A DNA stretch of 55,248 nucleotides from a virus (IMGVR_UViG_3300032083_002429:1-55248); one strand, 5' to 3'; numbered from the stretch's first letter, positions 1-9,320 are shown. Numbers and translations: made by a program. Notes: a model not told the origin generated them from the sequence alone.

Positions 1-96
1 AATGGCGTAAATACGCTTGTAGCAGTCGAAAGCAGGGTCTTAAAAGCAGTTGAGAAAACAGCTCGTAAGGATGTGAATCAAATAGGTATCGTTTAG
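1..96 (+). CDS. 3' end of an upstream gene (partial)
   Basis: Frame 1 is open from the window edge (NGVNTLVAVESRVLKAVEKTARKDVNQIGIV) to TAG at 94-96; identity unknown. Confidence 0.5.
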   Translation, partial: NGVNTLVAVESRVLKAVEKTARKDVNQIGIV

Positions 97-97
97 G

Positions 98-126
98 TTG
101 CTCAAATGAACAAAAAAGTGTAACAT
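98..126 (+). promoter_or_regulatory. sigma70-like promoter before the portal gene
   Basis: TTGCTC-17 nt-TAACAT, then 6 nt to ATG133; no SD. Confidence 0.45.
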
Positions 127-132
127 ATTACT

Positions 133-1854
133 ATGGCTTGGAAAAAATATTTTAAAGACGCAAACACATCTCCCATTAGTGGAGAGAAAGTACCCAACTT
201 CGCGAAGAGGAACTACAGTTCTTATCTTCCAGACGTTTACACAGGACACCCCAACAGGATACAGAGATACTTCCAGTATGACCAAATGGATTCAGACTCG
301 GAGATCAATGCGGCACTGGACATCCTGGCAGAATTCTCAACACAACAGAACACAGAGAACGAGACACCTTTCGATCTCGTGTTCAAGGACGAGACAACGG
401 AACATGAGGTGAAACTTCTCAAGAAGGCCTTACAACAGTGGACCCATTCCAACCAATTCCAGAAGAGGATCTTCAGGATATTCAGGAACGCACTCAAGTA
501 CGGAGACTGTTTCTTCGTGAGGGATCCAGAGACCATGAAATGGTTGTACATAGACAACGCCAAAGTTGACAGGATCGTTGTGAACGAATCGGAGGGCAAG
601 AAACCCGAGCAGTACGTGATCAGAGACATCAACCCCAACCTACAGAGACTTTCAGCGACACAGATAACACCGAACCAGACCTATGGTGGTGCAGGAACTG
701 GTGGTGGAGGAGCAGGTGGCGGATATGGACAGAGCAACATGAACCAAGGCGCAGGTGCAAACATGGGCGGTGGTGGCGGAGCTGGTGGAAGATTCTACAA
801 GACCATGAACGCATACAACATCAATGCGGAACACGTGATACACATGAGTATGTCAGATGGACTGGACAACCTATTCCCATTCGGACAGTCAGTGCTGGAA
901 CAGGTGTTCAAGGTCTACAAACAGAAAGAATTACTAGAGGACGCAATCATAATCTACAGGGTTCAGAGAGCACCTGAGAGAAGAGTGTTCTACATCGACG
1001 TGGGTAACATGCCAACACACTTGGCCATGCAGTTCGTTGAGAGGGTCAAGAATGAGATCAACCAAAGAAGGATTCCAAGTGCATCGGGCGGGGCAAACTA
1101 CATAGATGCAACATACAACCCAATGAGTATAAACGAAGATTACTTCTTCCCACAGACGGCAGAGGGCAGGGGATCTAAAGTGGACACACTACCAGGTGGT
1201 ACAAACCTAGGTGAGATTGATGATCTAAGATTCTTCACCAACAAACTGTTCAGAGGATTGAGGATTCCAAGTTCTTACCTACCAACAGGTGCGGAAGATG
1301 GCGGACAACAGTACAATGATGGTAGGGTCGGAACAGCCTACATACAGGAATTGAGATTCAACAAATATTGTGCGAGATTGCAATCAATGTTGGCGACAAC
1401 GTTCGACGATGAGTTCAAACTTTGGATCAAGGGCAAGGGTTACAACATTGACAACAGCATGTTCTCCCTTAAACTGAACCCACCACAGAACTTTGCACAG
1501 TACAGACAGACAGAGATGGACCAAAGCAGGGTTGGAACGTTCACACAGGTGGCAGAACTGCCTTACATGAGTAAAAGATTCGCATTGAAAAGATATCTTG
1601 GACTCACTGAGGAAGAGATGGCAAGGAATGCTGAACTATGGGCCGAGGAAAACAACGTACCACAGAAGAAACAGACCAAGAACAATGAATTGAGACAGGG
1701 CGGCGTGACACAGTCAGGCATATCAAGTGACCTAGACCAGTTCGAGGAACCTGTAGCAGATGCAGATGCACCAGAACCGGGTGCACCACAACCGGGCGTG
1801 CCGGGACAGACTCCGGGAGGAGCAGGTGGCACAGGCGGAGGAGGCCAAGTATAA
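133..1854 (+). CDS. gp20: T4 gp20-like portal protein
   Basis: Motifs LLEDAIIIYRVQRAPERRVFYIDVGNMP, EDYFFP, GSKVDTLPGG-NLGEIDD, ELRFNKY. Confidence 0.95.
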   Translation: MAWKKYFKDANTSPISGEKVPNFAKRNYSSYLPDVYTGHPNRIQRYFQYDQMDSDSEINAALDILAEFSTQQNTENETPFDLVFKDETTEHEVKLLKKALQQWTHSNQFQKRIFRIFRNALKYGDCFFVRDPETMKWLYIDNAKVDRIVVNESEGKKPEQYVIRDINPNLQRLSATQITPNQTYGGAGTGGGGAGGGYGQSNMNQGAGANMGGGGGAGGRFYKTMNAYNINAEHVIHMSMSDGLDNLFPFGQSVLEQVFKVYKQKELLEDAIIIYRVQRAPERRVFYIDVGNMPTHLAMQFVERVKNEINQRRIPSASGGANYIDATYNPMSINEDYFFPQTAEGRGSKVDTLPGGTNLGEIDDLRFFTNKLFRGLRIPSSYLPTGAEDGGQQYNDGRVGTAYIQELRFNKYCARLQSMLATTFDDEFKLWIKGKGYNIDNSMFSLKLNPPQNFAQYRQTEMDQSRVGTFTQVAELPYMSKRFALKRYLGLTEEEMARNAELWAEENNVPQKKQTKNNELRQGGVTQSGISSDLDQFEEPVADADAPEPGAPQPGVPGQTPGGAGGTGGGGQV

Positions 1855-1871
1855 TTGGTTAAATAGTAGTA

Positions 1872-2114
1872 ATGAAACTAAACGAATTTTTCACACACAC
1901 GGCAAACGGTTTTGAACAGGACAAGACTTACGAACCGGAGAATGACATATCAGTGCTCGACGACAACGACACAAGGAAGACGAGAATGACACTGATACAG
2001 ATCAATTCCATGAGACTTGCATCAGAGGCACACGATGCTCAGCAAAAGGAAGAGGCAGTGTTCACACAAAAGATGTATGGACAACCTGCAGGAACAGACG
2101 ATCTAGCATTGTAG
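1872..2114 (+). CDS. Small head-module hypothetical protein
   Basis: 80-aa ORF; TAAATA at 1860-1865 is 6 nt before the ATG; N-terminus MKLNEF. Confidence 0.8.
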   Translation: MKLNEFFTHTANGFEQDKTYEPENDISVLDDNDTRKTRMTLIQINSMRLASEAHDAQQKEEAVFTQKMYGQPAGTDDLAL

Positions 2115-2115
2115 T

Positions 2116-2736
2116 ATGGCCGAAGTAGCTTTCGTACTAGGGAATGGTGAATCTCGGAAGGGCATAGACATCGATGACCTAAAGAAACACGGAACTGTAT
2201 TTGCCTGTAACGGTGTTTACAGGACAGACAAACCTGACTTCCTGATCGCAGTTGACCCTAAAATGGTTTTAGAGATAGCCGAAAGCGATTATCTATTACA
2301 AAATAAAGTATATTCCAACTTCAACGCACAATACAACAAGAATCCCAAGATACTGGACCACGTGCAATGGTTCAAGCCAAGCCTGGGTTGGTCTAGCGGA
2401 CCCACGGCACTGAGGATGGCCTGTGATCGCGGATTCAAGGAAATATACATCCTGGGTTTTGACTACCAGGGGCTGTCAGAGGGCGGCAAGAACAACAGAT
2501 TCAAGGTCAACAACCTGTTCAAGGACAGCAGGAACTACAAGAAGGGCAACGAGCAGGCCACGTTCTTTGGCAACTGGATGAATCAGACTAAAAAATGCCT
2601 ACAGGATTATCCAGAGGTTAAATTCCACAGGGTGATACCCACGGGATGGTTCCAACCCAAGGATCTCGCATGGAAAGGCAACATAGATCATCCAAGCACA
2701 GAAGAATTCCTCGAAAAGTTTAATCTTACACGTTAA
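2116..2736 (+). CDS. Maf/DUF115-like putative glycosyltransferase (sialyltransferase-like fold)
   Basis: VLGNGESR, ACN..YR...PDFLIAVD, SSGPTAL, IYILGFDY; paralogue at 53391. Confidence 0.65.
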   Translation: MAEVAFVLGNGESRKGIDIDDLKKHGTVFACNGVYRTDKPDFLIAVDPKMVLEIAESDYLLQNKVYSNFNAQYNKNPKILDHVQWFKPSLGWSSGPTALRMACDRGFKEIYILGFDYQGLSEGGKNNRFKVNNLFKDSRNYKKGNEQATFFGNWMNQTKKCLQDYPEVKFHRVIPTGWFQPKDLAWKGNIDHPSTEEFLEKFNLTR

Positions 2737-2882
2737 ATCCACTATATTTTTGGTAAATATCCGTACAGACTGGTATGTATAAAGGTCCAGTGGATCTCCA
2801 AAAAATGTTCACTGCACTGTATAGAGGTATCAAAGTAGCAATCATGCTATAACAGTCATAACCCATATAAAGGAGAAAAAAT

Positions 2883-3476
2883 ATGGCAACTCGAAAACTC
2901 TTAGGTAAAGTAATTGCCCAAGCTAGAGCTTCACACACAGGTAGAGACGGAGATTTATTCTTCGATGATTCAAGCAATCAGTTCTTTATCTCAGATGGAT
3001 CTACAGCTGGCGGTGTTCCTTTGGCTTTGAACCATAAAATAAATATCGTAGCGAGTACGGCGTCAACACTAGCACCCACAATAGCTCAGTCAGGTAGTAT
3101 CTTTACTATCACTGCGGCGGCAGGTTGTGTTGTAACTTTACCAGCGGCGACGGCAGGTTTGAACTACGGTTTCCACTTAGCGGCGACTGTGACTTCAAAC
3201 ACATTCACGATAAATGCGGCAAGTTCATCAGACACTTTACAAGGAGCTATCACGTGTGTTGACAAAGACACTCTAGGTAGTGTTGTGGCTACGAACGCAG
3301 GTGCTACATTGGCAATTGACTGTCCGATCGCGGCTGACCACCAAATCGTACAAGACGGTGACACAAAAGGTAGATTCATAGGAACAAAGATCGACTACGT
3401 TTGTATCACAGATGCAATCTGGCACGTGAGTGGTGTAAGTTTCCACGACGGATCTGTTGCAACTATGTTTACATAG
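2883..3476 (+). CDS. Putative virion decoration/fibre protein with Mtd_N-like N-terminus
   Basis: SD AAGGAG; N-terminal GDLFFD..FFISDGSTAGG resembles the N-terminus of 10218; Ala/Thr-rich beta-type remainder (VTLPAATAG). Confidence 0.6.
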   Translation: MATRKLLGKVIAQARASHTGRDGDLFFDDSSNQFFISDGSTAGGVPLALNHKINIVASTASTLAPTIAQSGSIFTITAAAGCVVTLPAATAGLNYGFHLAATVTSNTFTINAASSSDTLQGAITCVDKDTLGSVVATNAGATLAIDCPIAADHQIVQDGDTKGRFIGTKIDYVCITDAIWHVSGVSFHDGSVATMFT

Positions 3477-3528
3477 ACCAACCCCGGATGGTATACGAGA
3501 GTATATCAGGATTGGTTCGTATCAATTT

Positions 3529-3566
3529 CCAAAAGCGGTGTCTGTTTTTTCAGGCATCGCTTTTGG
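3529..3566 (+). terminator. 16-bp stem-loop, probable terminator
   Basis: CCAAAAGCGGTGTCTG / CAGGCATCGCTTTTGG with 2 G-U pairs. Confidence 0.6.
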
Positions 3567-3570
3567 TGTT

Positions 3571-3578
3571 TATAAATA
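3571..3578 (+). promoter_or_regulatory. T4-type late promoter
   Basis: Exact TATAAATA, 7 nt before ATG3586. Confidence 0.75.
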
Positions 3579-3585
3579 TCCATAC

Positions 3586-3891
3586 ATGGCACGCATCCAA
3601 AAGGACAAAAACTGGAATTGGAAAGACATCAGGTACATTGATCCGGACACAGAAGTAACATGTTCTGGAGGACTCGATGGTAAACCAAAACACGACCCAA
3701 CTCACATGGTTATGGGCATCAATGACGTCGTGCTGGTCTGCCCCCTCTGTGATACAATCTACGGCAACGAAGAAAGAATGAACGGTGTGGGTGTTCAAGC
3801 CCAGATGGCAGAAGCGGAAAGAAGAAAAGAAATTAACAATAACAAGTCCTTACTGAAAGTAGATCCTAGTCAAAGGATCAATAAGAAATAA
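3586..3891 (+). CDS. zf-CHCC-type zinc-finger protein (copy 1)
   Basis: C-x9-H-x15-C-x2-C; start moved to ATG3586 (MARIQK), downstream of the late promoter. Confidence 0.65.
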   Translation: MARIQKDKNWNWKDIRYIDPDTEVTCSGGLDGKPKHDPTHMVMGINDVVLVCPLCDTIYGNEERMNGVGVQAQMAEAERRKEINNNKSLLKVDPSQRINKK

Positions 3892-3902
3892 CGAATAGTC
3901 AG

Positions 3903-4190
3903 ATGGCAATACACAAAATCAATTTGAAAGAGATGAACTTGGTGTCTAATGCCAACACAGAGGGCACTTGGGAAAATGCGTTCATATGTTATGGTCCAGG
4001 ACCAAAAGGCATAGAACACGAGGGGATAAAATACACCTATGGTTCACAGGACAAGATATTGTTCTGCAACGTGTGTGGACAGTCTTGGGGATGGCAGGAA
4101 AGGTTATCTGCTGATCTTAATAAAATAGATCAAATAAATGATAGTAAACGCGGACTCTTCAATAATATTAAAAAACAAATAGACAAATAA
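3903..4190 (+). CDS. zf-CHCC-type zinc-finger protein (copy 2)
   Basis: Same C-x9-H-x15-C-x2-C spacing as copy 1. Confidence 0.65.
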   Translation: MAIHKINLKEMNLVSNANTEGTWENAFICYGPGPKGIEHEGIKYTYGSQDKILFCNVCGQSWGWQERLSADLNKIDQINDSKRGLFNNIKKQIDK

Positions 4191-4210
4191 CAAAAAACGC
4201 CATATTAAAC

Positions 4211-4248
4211 CACCTTTCAGCACCGTTTTCTCACCTTTACAGTAAATA
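4211..4248 (+). promoter_or_regulatory. Head-operon late promoter with three phased CACC(T/G)TT repeats
   Basis: CACC at 4211, 4221 and 4232; TAAATA at 4243-4248. Confidence 0.55.
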
Positions 4249-4297
4249 CAAACACTTATAAGTACAAATCTTACGTAAAACAAAGGAGCACGTGTAA

Positions 4298-5215
4298 ATG
4301 TCAAACAATAAATTTGAAAGTTTATTAGAATTACTGATAAACGAAGAAAATGATAAAGCAGAAGCTTTATTTCATGAAATCGTAGTAGAAAAATCTAGAG
4401 ATATCTACGAGAACCTAGCAGACGAGTCTGCAGAAGAATCAAAAGAAGATGCTAAAGTTGACGAAACTACCGAAGAAGCTAAATCAGACGAGCAGGTTGA
4501 TGAAGTGGTAGAAATCGAAGACGAAGCTACAGAATCAGAAACTACTGAAGAAGAATCAATTGAAGAAATGGGCGGCGACGCTACTGACGAATTGGTTAAA
4601 GACATCTCAGCAGATCAAGAAGGCGAGCACGATGCAATGGACAAACCAGAGATGGACATGGACAAAGATGCAGAAGGTGACGCAGAAGGTGATGTTGAAG
4701 ACAGAGTAGTTGACTTAGAAGATGCTTTAGACGAACTAAAAGCAGAATTCGAAGCAATGATGGGTGACAAAAAAGATGGCGAAGAAGACAAAGAAGACGA
4801 GTCTTTGGAAATGCCAGCTGTTGAAACTCAGCCAGAAATGTCATATGAAGGCAAGAAAGACATGATGGCCGGCAAGAAAATGGATAAAGAAAAAATGAAA
4901 GAGTACAAAAATCCAGTGAAAGCCGATCATGCAGATCATTCAGACAAAGCGGCAAAAGGTGCAACACCAGTTGTAGGCGGATCAAAAGTTAAAACAGGCG
5001 CAAGCGGTTCTAACATGACTCAAGCACAAGCGGACAGCGGTAGTGCAGGTGCATCGACTTCCATTAATGGATCGTCAACACCTCAGAAAATGGCTGGTGA
5101 GTTTGAAAACACAGGTGGAAAAGCTAGAGGTACTTCAATGAAATCTCCAGCTCCTAAGCCAGTTACAGCTGACGGATCAGAAAAATCTGCAAAATCACCA
5201 ATCTCAGGCAAGTAA
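4298..5215 (+). CDS. Acidic prohead core/scaffold-type protein
   Basis: Very E/D-rich; SD AAGGAG; directly before the prohead protease (position of T4 gp67/gp68). Confidence 0.7.
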   Translation: MSNNKFESLLELLINEENDKAEALFHEIVVEKSRDIYENLADESAEESKEDAKVDETTEEAKSDEQVDEVVEIEDEATESETTEEESIEEMGGDATDELVKDISADQEGEHDAMDKPEMDMDKDAEGDAEGDVEDRVVDLEDALDELKAEFEAMMGDKKDGEEDKEDESLEMPAVETQPEMSYEGKKDMMAGKKMDKEKMKEYKNPVKADHADHSDKAAKGATPVVGGSKVKTGASGSNMTQAQADSGSAGASTSINGSSTPQKMAGEFENTGGKARGTSMKSPAPKPVTADGSEKSAKSPISGK

Positions 5216-5250
5216 TTGCTAGAGACTGTTGATAACAAGGAGGTCATCGG

Positions 5251-5880
5251 ATGTCATCACTATATCTAAGAGAGAATCTAACTTTTAACGAAGCCAGATT
5301 ACAGATCTTACACGAGAACGAGGGTAAGGATTTGTACATGAAAGGTATCTGTATTCAAGGTGGGATTAAAAATGCTAATCAGAGAACGTACCCAGTGCAG
5401 GAGATTGCGAAAGCAACCAAAACACTGAACGATCAGATTACATCAGGATACTCTGTGTTAGGTGAAGTGGATCACCCGGATGATTTAAAGATTAATTTGG
5501 ACCGTGTGTCCCACATGATTACAGAGATGTGGATGGACGGACCAAATGGATACGGTAAGATGAAAATCTTACCAACACCAATGGGCCAACTTGTCAAAAC
5601 TATGTTGGAATCAGGTGTGAAACTAGGCGTATCAAGTAGAGGATCTGGAAACATGTCCGAGTACGGAAACGGCGAAGTTTCAGACTTCGAGATCATCACA
5701 GTAGATGTTGTAGCCCAACCTTCGGCACCAGGTGCTTACCCCACGCCAATTTACGAACACCTAATGAATACAAAAGGTGGTAACATGGCAAAAGGTTTGG
5801 CGGCAGAAGTTAGAAATGACCCAAAAGCACAGAAGTTCCTCAAAGAGGCGTTAACAAACATAATAAAGGACCTAAAATAA
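5251..5880 (+). CDS. gp21: Prohead core protease
   Basis: KNANQRTYP, LGEVDHP, VSHMI, LPTPMG, LGVSSRGSG, DVVAQPSAPGAY. Confidence 0.95.
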   Translation: MSSLYLRENLTFNEARLQILHENEGKDLYMKGICIQGGIKNANQRTYPVQEIAKATKTLNDQITSGYSVLGEVDHPDDLKINLDRVSHMITEMWMDGPNGYGKMKILPTPMGQLVKTMLESGVKLGVSSRGSGNMSEYGNGEVSDFEIITVDVVAQPSAPGAYPTPIYEHLMNTKGGNMAKGLAAEVRNDPKAQKFLKEALTNIIKDLK

Positions 5881-6944
5881 TGATTGATGCAATATCAAAA
5901 TTGGTTGAGTCAGGAGCAATATCAGAAGATGTTCAAAAAAGTATCTCTGAAGCTTGGGATTCAAAAATCAAAGAAAACAAAGAACAAGTAGGTGCGGAAT
6001 TGAGAGAAGAATTCGCAAAAAGATATGAACACGACAAAGGGAACATGATCGAAGCCATCGACAAGATGATGGGCGAGAAGTTAAGCGAAGAGATCTCGAA
6101 GTTCGTTGAAGACAGAAAAGCACTTGCACAAGAAAAAATCGCCTACAAAGAAAACGTAGGCAAACATTCTGCTAAATTAGAATCATTTATGCTTTCTAAA
6201 CTGTCAGAAGAGTTGAAAGAACTACACGGCGACCGAAAAGGTGTCCACGAAAACTTCAAGAAGATGGAAGAATTCGTAGTAGGTGCTCTTGCAAAAGAAA
6301 TCAAAGAGTTCCACGAAGACAAAAAAGGCGTTGTGGAGACGAAAGTCAAACTAGTAGCCGAGGCCAAAAAACAAATGGCCAAGATGAAAGAGGCTTTCAT
6401 AACAAGATCTGCTAAGGTTGTAGAGTCTGCTGTAAACAAAAAACTTGCTGAAGAGCTATCTGCTCTTAAGGAAGACATCACAGCGGCAAGAACAGTGAAC
6501 TTTGGCAAGAAAATATTCGAAGCGTTTGCTTCAGAGTACCAGGCATCTTACTTAAATGAGAAATCTGAGACTTCGAAGATGATGAAAGTTGTGGATGAAA
6601 CTACACTTAAATTGAAAGACGCGGAGAAGGCTATCGAAGAGAAACAAGCGGTGATTGAATCGGCGTATGCTGAGTCCAAAAGACAGGCAGATTTGATGGA
6701 ACGTAAGGAAAAGATGGCTGAGATGCTCAATCCGTTGGGCAAAGAAAAGAGTGAAGTTATGAGTCAACTGTTGGAATCAGTTCAAACAGCGAAACTTGAA
6801 GCATCATTCAACAAGTATCTACCACATGTGATGGCTGACAAAGCAGTTAAAGGAGCTACGAAAGTACTTTCTGAGAGCGGCGGAGACAGAGCACCTAGGG
6901 AAGATGCTGACTTAACAAATATCCGTAAATTAGCGGGTATATAA
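5880..6944 (+). CDS. gp22: Prohead scaffold protein
   Basis: Coiled-coil, E/K-rich; between gp21 and gp23; TAATG overlap with gp21. Confidence 0.8.
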   Translation: MIDAISKLVESGAISEDVQKSISEAWDSKIKENKEQVGAELREEFAKRYEHDKGNMIEAIDKMMGEKLSEEISKFVEDRKALAQEKIAYKENVGKHSAKLESFMLSKLSEELKELHGDRKGVHENFKKMEEFVVGALAKEIKEFHEDKKGVVETKVKLVAEAKKQMAKMKEAFITRSAKVVESAVNKKLAEELSALKEDITAARTVNFGKKIFEAFASEYQASYLNEKSETSKMMKVVDETTLKLKDAEKAIEEKQAVIESAYAESKRQADLMERKEKMAEMLNPLGKEKSEVMSQLLESVQTAKLEASFNKYLPHVMADKAVKGATKVLSESGGDRAPREDADLTNIRKLAGI

Positions 6945-6970
6945 TTAACTAAACTAAAGGAAGATTACAA

Positions 6971-8143
6971 ATGTCAGATATATTTGAATCAAAATGGGGC
7001 GAAACTAAACAGGCCCTTACAGAAGGTTTAGCAGGCAACAAGAAAAAGACTATGGATGTTATCTTAGAAAACACTAAGAGATACCTTTCAGAGCAGTCTA
7101 CAGCAGGTGCGACATCTGCCGGTAACGTTGCTACGTTAAACAGAGTTATCCTACCAGTAATCAGAAGGGTTATGCCTACTGTTATTGCAAACGAAATCGT
7201 TGGTGTACAACCGATGACTGGTCCTGTAGGACAAATTCACACACTAAGAATAAGATATGCAGATACAGTTGCGTCAAACACGACAGCAGGTGAAGAAGCA
7301 CTATCTCCTTTCAAAATTGCGAAAGCATACTCTGGTAACCAGAACAACACAACTCCAAAAGCGGCTTCAACAGCTTCTTTAGAGGGAACACCTGGTAAAA
7401 GATTATCAATCCAGATCTTGAAACAACCGGTTGAAGCGAAGTCTAGAAAATTATCAGCTAGATGGACGTTTGAAGCGGCTCAAGATGCTCAAGCACAACA
7501 AGGTATCGATGTAGAAGCAGAAATCATGGCGGCATTAGCTCAAGAGATCACTGCAGAAATCGATCAAGAAGTAATTGGTTCATTAAGAACATTAGCTGGA
7601 ACGGCTTCTGAGACTTTTGACCAATCTGCTGTATCTGGTACGGCTACTTTCGTTGGTGATGAACACGCGGCATTGGCTGTTCTTATCAACAGAGTTGCAA
7701 ACCAAATCGCAACAAGAACAAGAAGAGGCGCTGGAAACTACGCAGTAGTATCTCCAACAGCTTTGACTGTTCTTCAATCAGCAACTACTTCAGCGTTCGC
7801 AAGATCGACTGAGGGAACTTTTGAAGCGCCTACAAATACTAAATTTGTTGGAACTTTAAACGGTGCTATGAGAGTGTACGTTGACGCTTACGCGGCAGAC
7901 GCCACTTCAGTACTTGTAGGTTACAAAGGAGCAAGTGAGGCAGACGCACCAGCGTTCTATTGTCCTTACATTCCTTTAATGTCTTCAGGTGTTGTGCTTG
8001 ATCCATCTACTTTCGAACCAGTAGTAGGCTTCTTAACAAGATATGGCTATGTAGAGTTAACAAACACTGCATCATCTCTTGGTAACGCGGCTGACTACGT
8101 TGGATTAGTAGCTGTAACATCAGCGAACTTAAAATTCAAATAA
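6971..8143 (+). CDS. gp23: Major capsid protein
   Basis: IVGVQPMTGPVGQI, VEAKSRKL, EITAEID, FYCPYIPL, TRYG. Confidence 0.97.
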   Translation: MSDIFESKWGETKQALTEGLAGNKKKTMDVILENTKRYLSEQSTAGATSAGNVATLNRVILPVIRRVMPTVIANEIVGVQPMTGPVGQIHTLRIRYADTVASNTTAGEEALSPFKIAKAYSGNQNNTTPKAASTASLEGTPGKRLSIQILKQPVEAKSRKLSARWTFEAAQDAQAQQGIDVEAEIMAALAQEITAEIDQEVIGSLRTLAGTASETFDQSAVSGTATFVGDEHAALAVLINRVANQIATRTRRGAGNYAVVSPTALTVLQSATTSAFARSTEGTFEAPTNTKFVGTLNGAMRVYVDAYAADATSVLVGYKGASEADAPAFYCPYIPLMSSGVVLDPSTFEPVVGFLTRYGYVELTNTASSLGNAADYVGLVAVTSANLKFK

Positions 8144-8167
8144 TCCTAGATTATTTTATTTTCAAGG

Positions 8168-8194
8168 AAAGGCGGCTTTATGTCGCCTTTTTTT
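8168..8194 (+). terminator. Intrinsic terminator after gp23
   Basis: AAAGGCGGC-TTTAT-GTCGCCTTT followed by a T-run. Confidence 0.85.
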
Positions 8195-8226
8195 GTGGCG
8201 GTACTATCTAACATTTAAATAGTCAC

Positions 8227-8940
8227 GTGCAATACTGTTTCCATCATATACCAAAGACGGCGGGCAGTAGTTTACAACTGAGATTGTCACACAGAGAACA
8301 TGTAGGACAGTTACCAAAAGGCTCTACCATGATTGTGTATCCGTTGTACGACGATATGAGATTCTATAGAGTGAGTCACGACCCGGAATTCGATGCCAGT
8401 AAGCCTATCAAAGAAGCGTTCTTACGCACATACAATAATCCTAAGTCCCTTGGCCATGCATCTATCGTGTGTGGACATTCCACTACCATGCACCAGGATG
8501 GCAAACACTACACATGGTTCAGACATCCTCTGAAGAGAGACATATCACATTTCAACTATGATTCTAAATTTAGCAACGAGGAGTCGACAGACTTCGCCAC
8601 ACACCTGACACTGATGAACGGAAACTTTCTAGTACTATGGCTGTACAGCAAATATTGTTCTCTTTCGGCGACATCAGACATCAAAGAGAAATACGATGTT
8701 GTAAGAAAGACACTGAAAGAAAAATCTGTAAAAGTTTATGACTCTGATGATTTTGAAAACTCATGGACCGAGATAGCCGACGAGCTGAAAGTTGAAGTAG
8801 AACCGAGACTGAACTCCAATGAGGGCGGCAAGGCCTATGAGCAACTCATAAATTATTCCGACATGACAGATGAATTTAAAATCTGGCACAGGAGTTACAA
8901 CCACTACGATTATCTCCTCTACGAAGAATTCTGTACGTAG
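8227..8940 (+). CDS. PAPS-dependent sulfotransferase-family protein
   Basis: 5'-PSB motif HIPKTAGSS and 3'-PB motif FRHPLKRDIS; GTG start 5 nt after TAAATA (8216-8221). Confidence 0.75.
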   Translation: MQYCFHHIPKTAGSSLQLRLSHREHVGQLPKGSTMIVYPLYDDMRFYRVSHDPEFDASKPIKEAFLRTYNNPKSLGHASIVCGHSTTMHQDGKHYTWFRHPLKRDISHFNYDSKFSNEESTDFATHLTLMNGNFLVLWLYSKYCSLSATSDIKEKYDVVRKTLKEKSVKVYDSDDFENSWTEIADELKVEVEPRLNSNEGGKAYEQLINYSDMTDEFKIWHRSYNHYDYLLYEEFCT

Positions 8941-9060
8941 ATAACATTTTTTTTCCATACTCGTACCATCCGCAGACCAAATAGTGTAAGATTACTTGCA
9001 CTATAGACGTCTAAATAAAATACGATTCGCAAGAATCACAACAACAAGGGAGGTCCAACT

Positions 9061-9294
9061 ATGGATATCATGAACCAAGTTAAAGGATGGGCGAAAGGAT
9101 TAGCTGACGTGGGTGTTTCACTTATAGCGTTAGGAATCGTTTTGGAAATCCTTTTCAAGGGGCAAGGTATTCCGTTCTGGCCAAACATTTCTGTAATAGG
9201 AAATGTCCAGGGCGTACTGAAAGGCTTTTCTGATCAAGGTTTGATCGGATTGGTCGCGGTTTGGATTCTATATCATATCTACAGCAGAAAATAA
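9061..9294 (+). CDS. Small two-helix membrane protein
   Basis: Two hydrophobic segments; SD GGGAGG; TAAATA at 9012-9017; leader hairpin GATTC-GCAA-GAATC. Confidence 0.85.
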   Translation: MDIMNQVKGWAKGLADVGVSLIALGIVLEILFKGQGIPFWPNISVIGNVQGVLKGFSDQGLIGLVAVWILYHIYSRK

Positions 9295-9320
9295 TATAGA
9301 TCTAGAAATACGTTAAGCTC

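Noticed and set aside
3457-3585. Upstream start extensions in the ORF track (3457; likewise 20117, 22151, 26362, 29137)
   Set aside because: They run through terminators or promoters, or start immediately at the promoter; in-frame ATGs 5-8 nt after TAAATA are better supported
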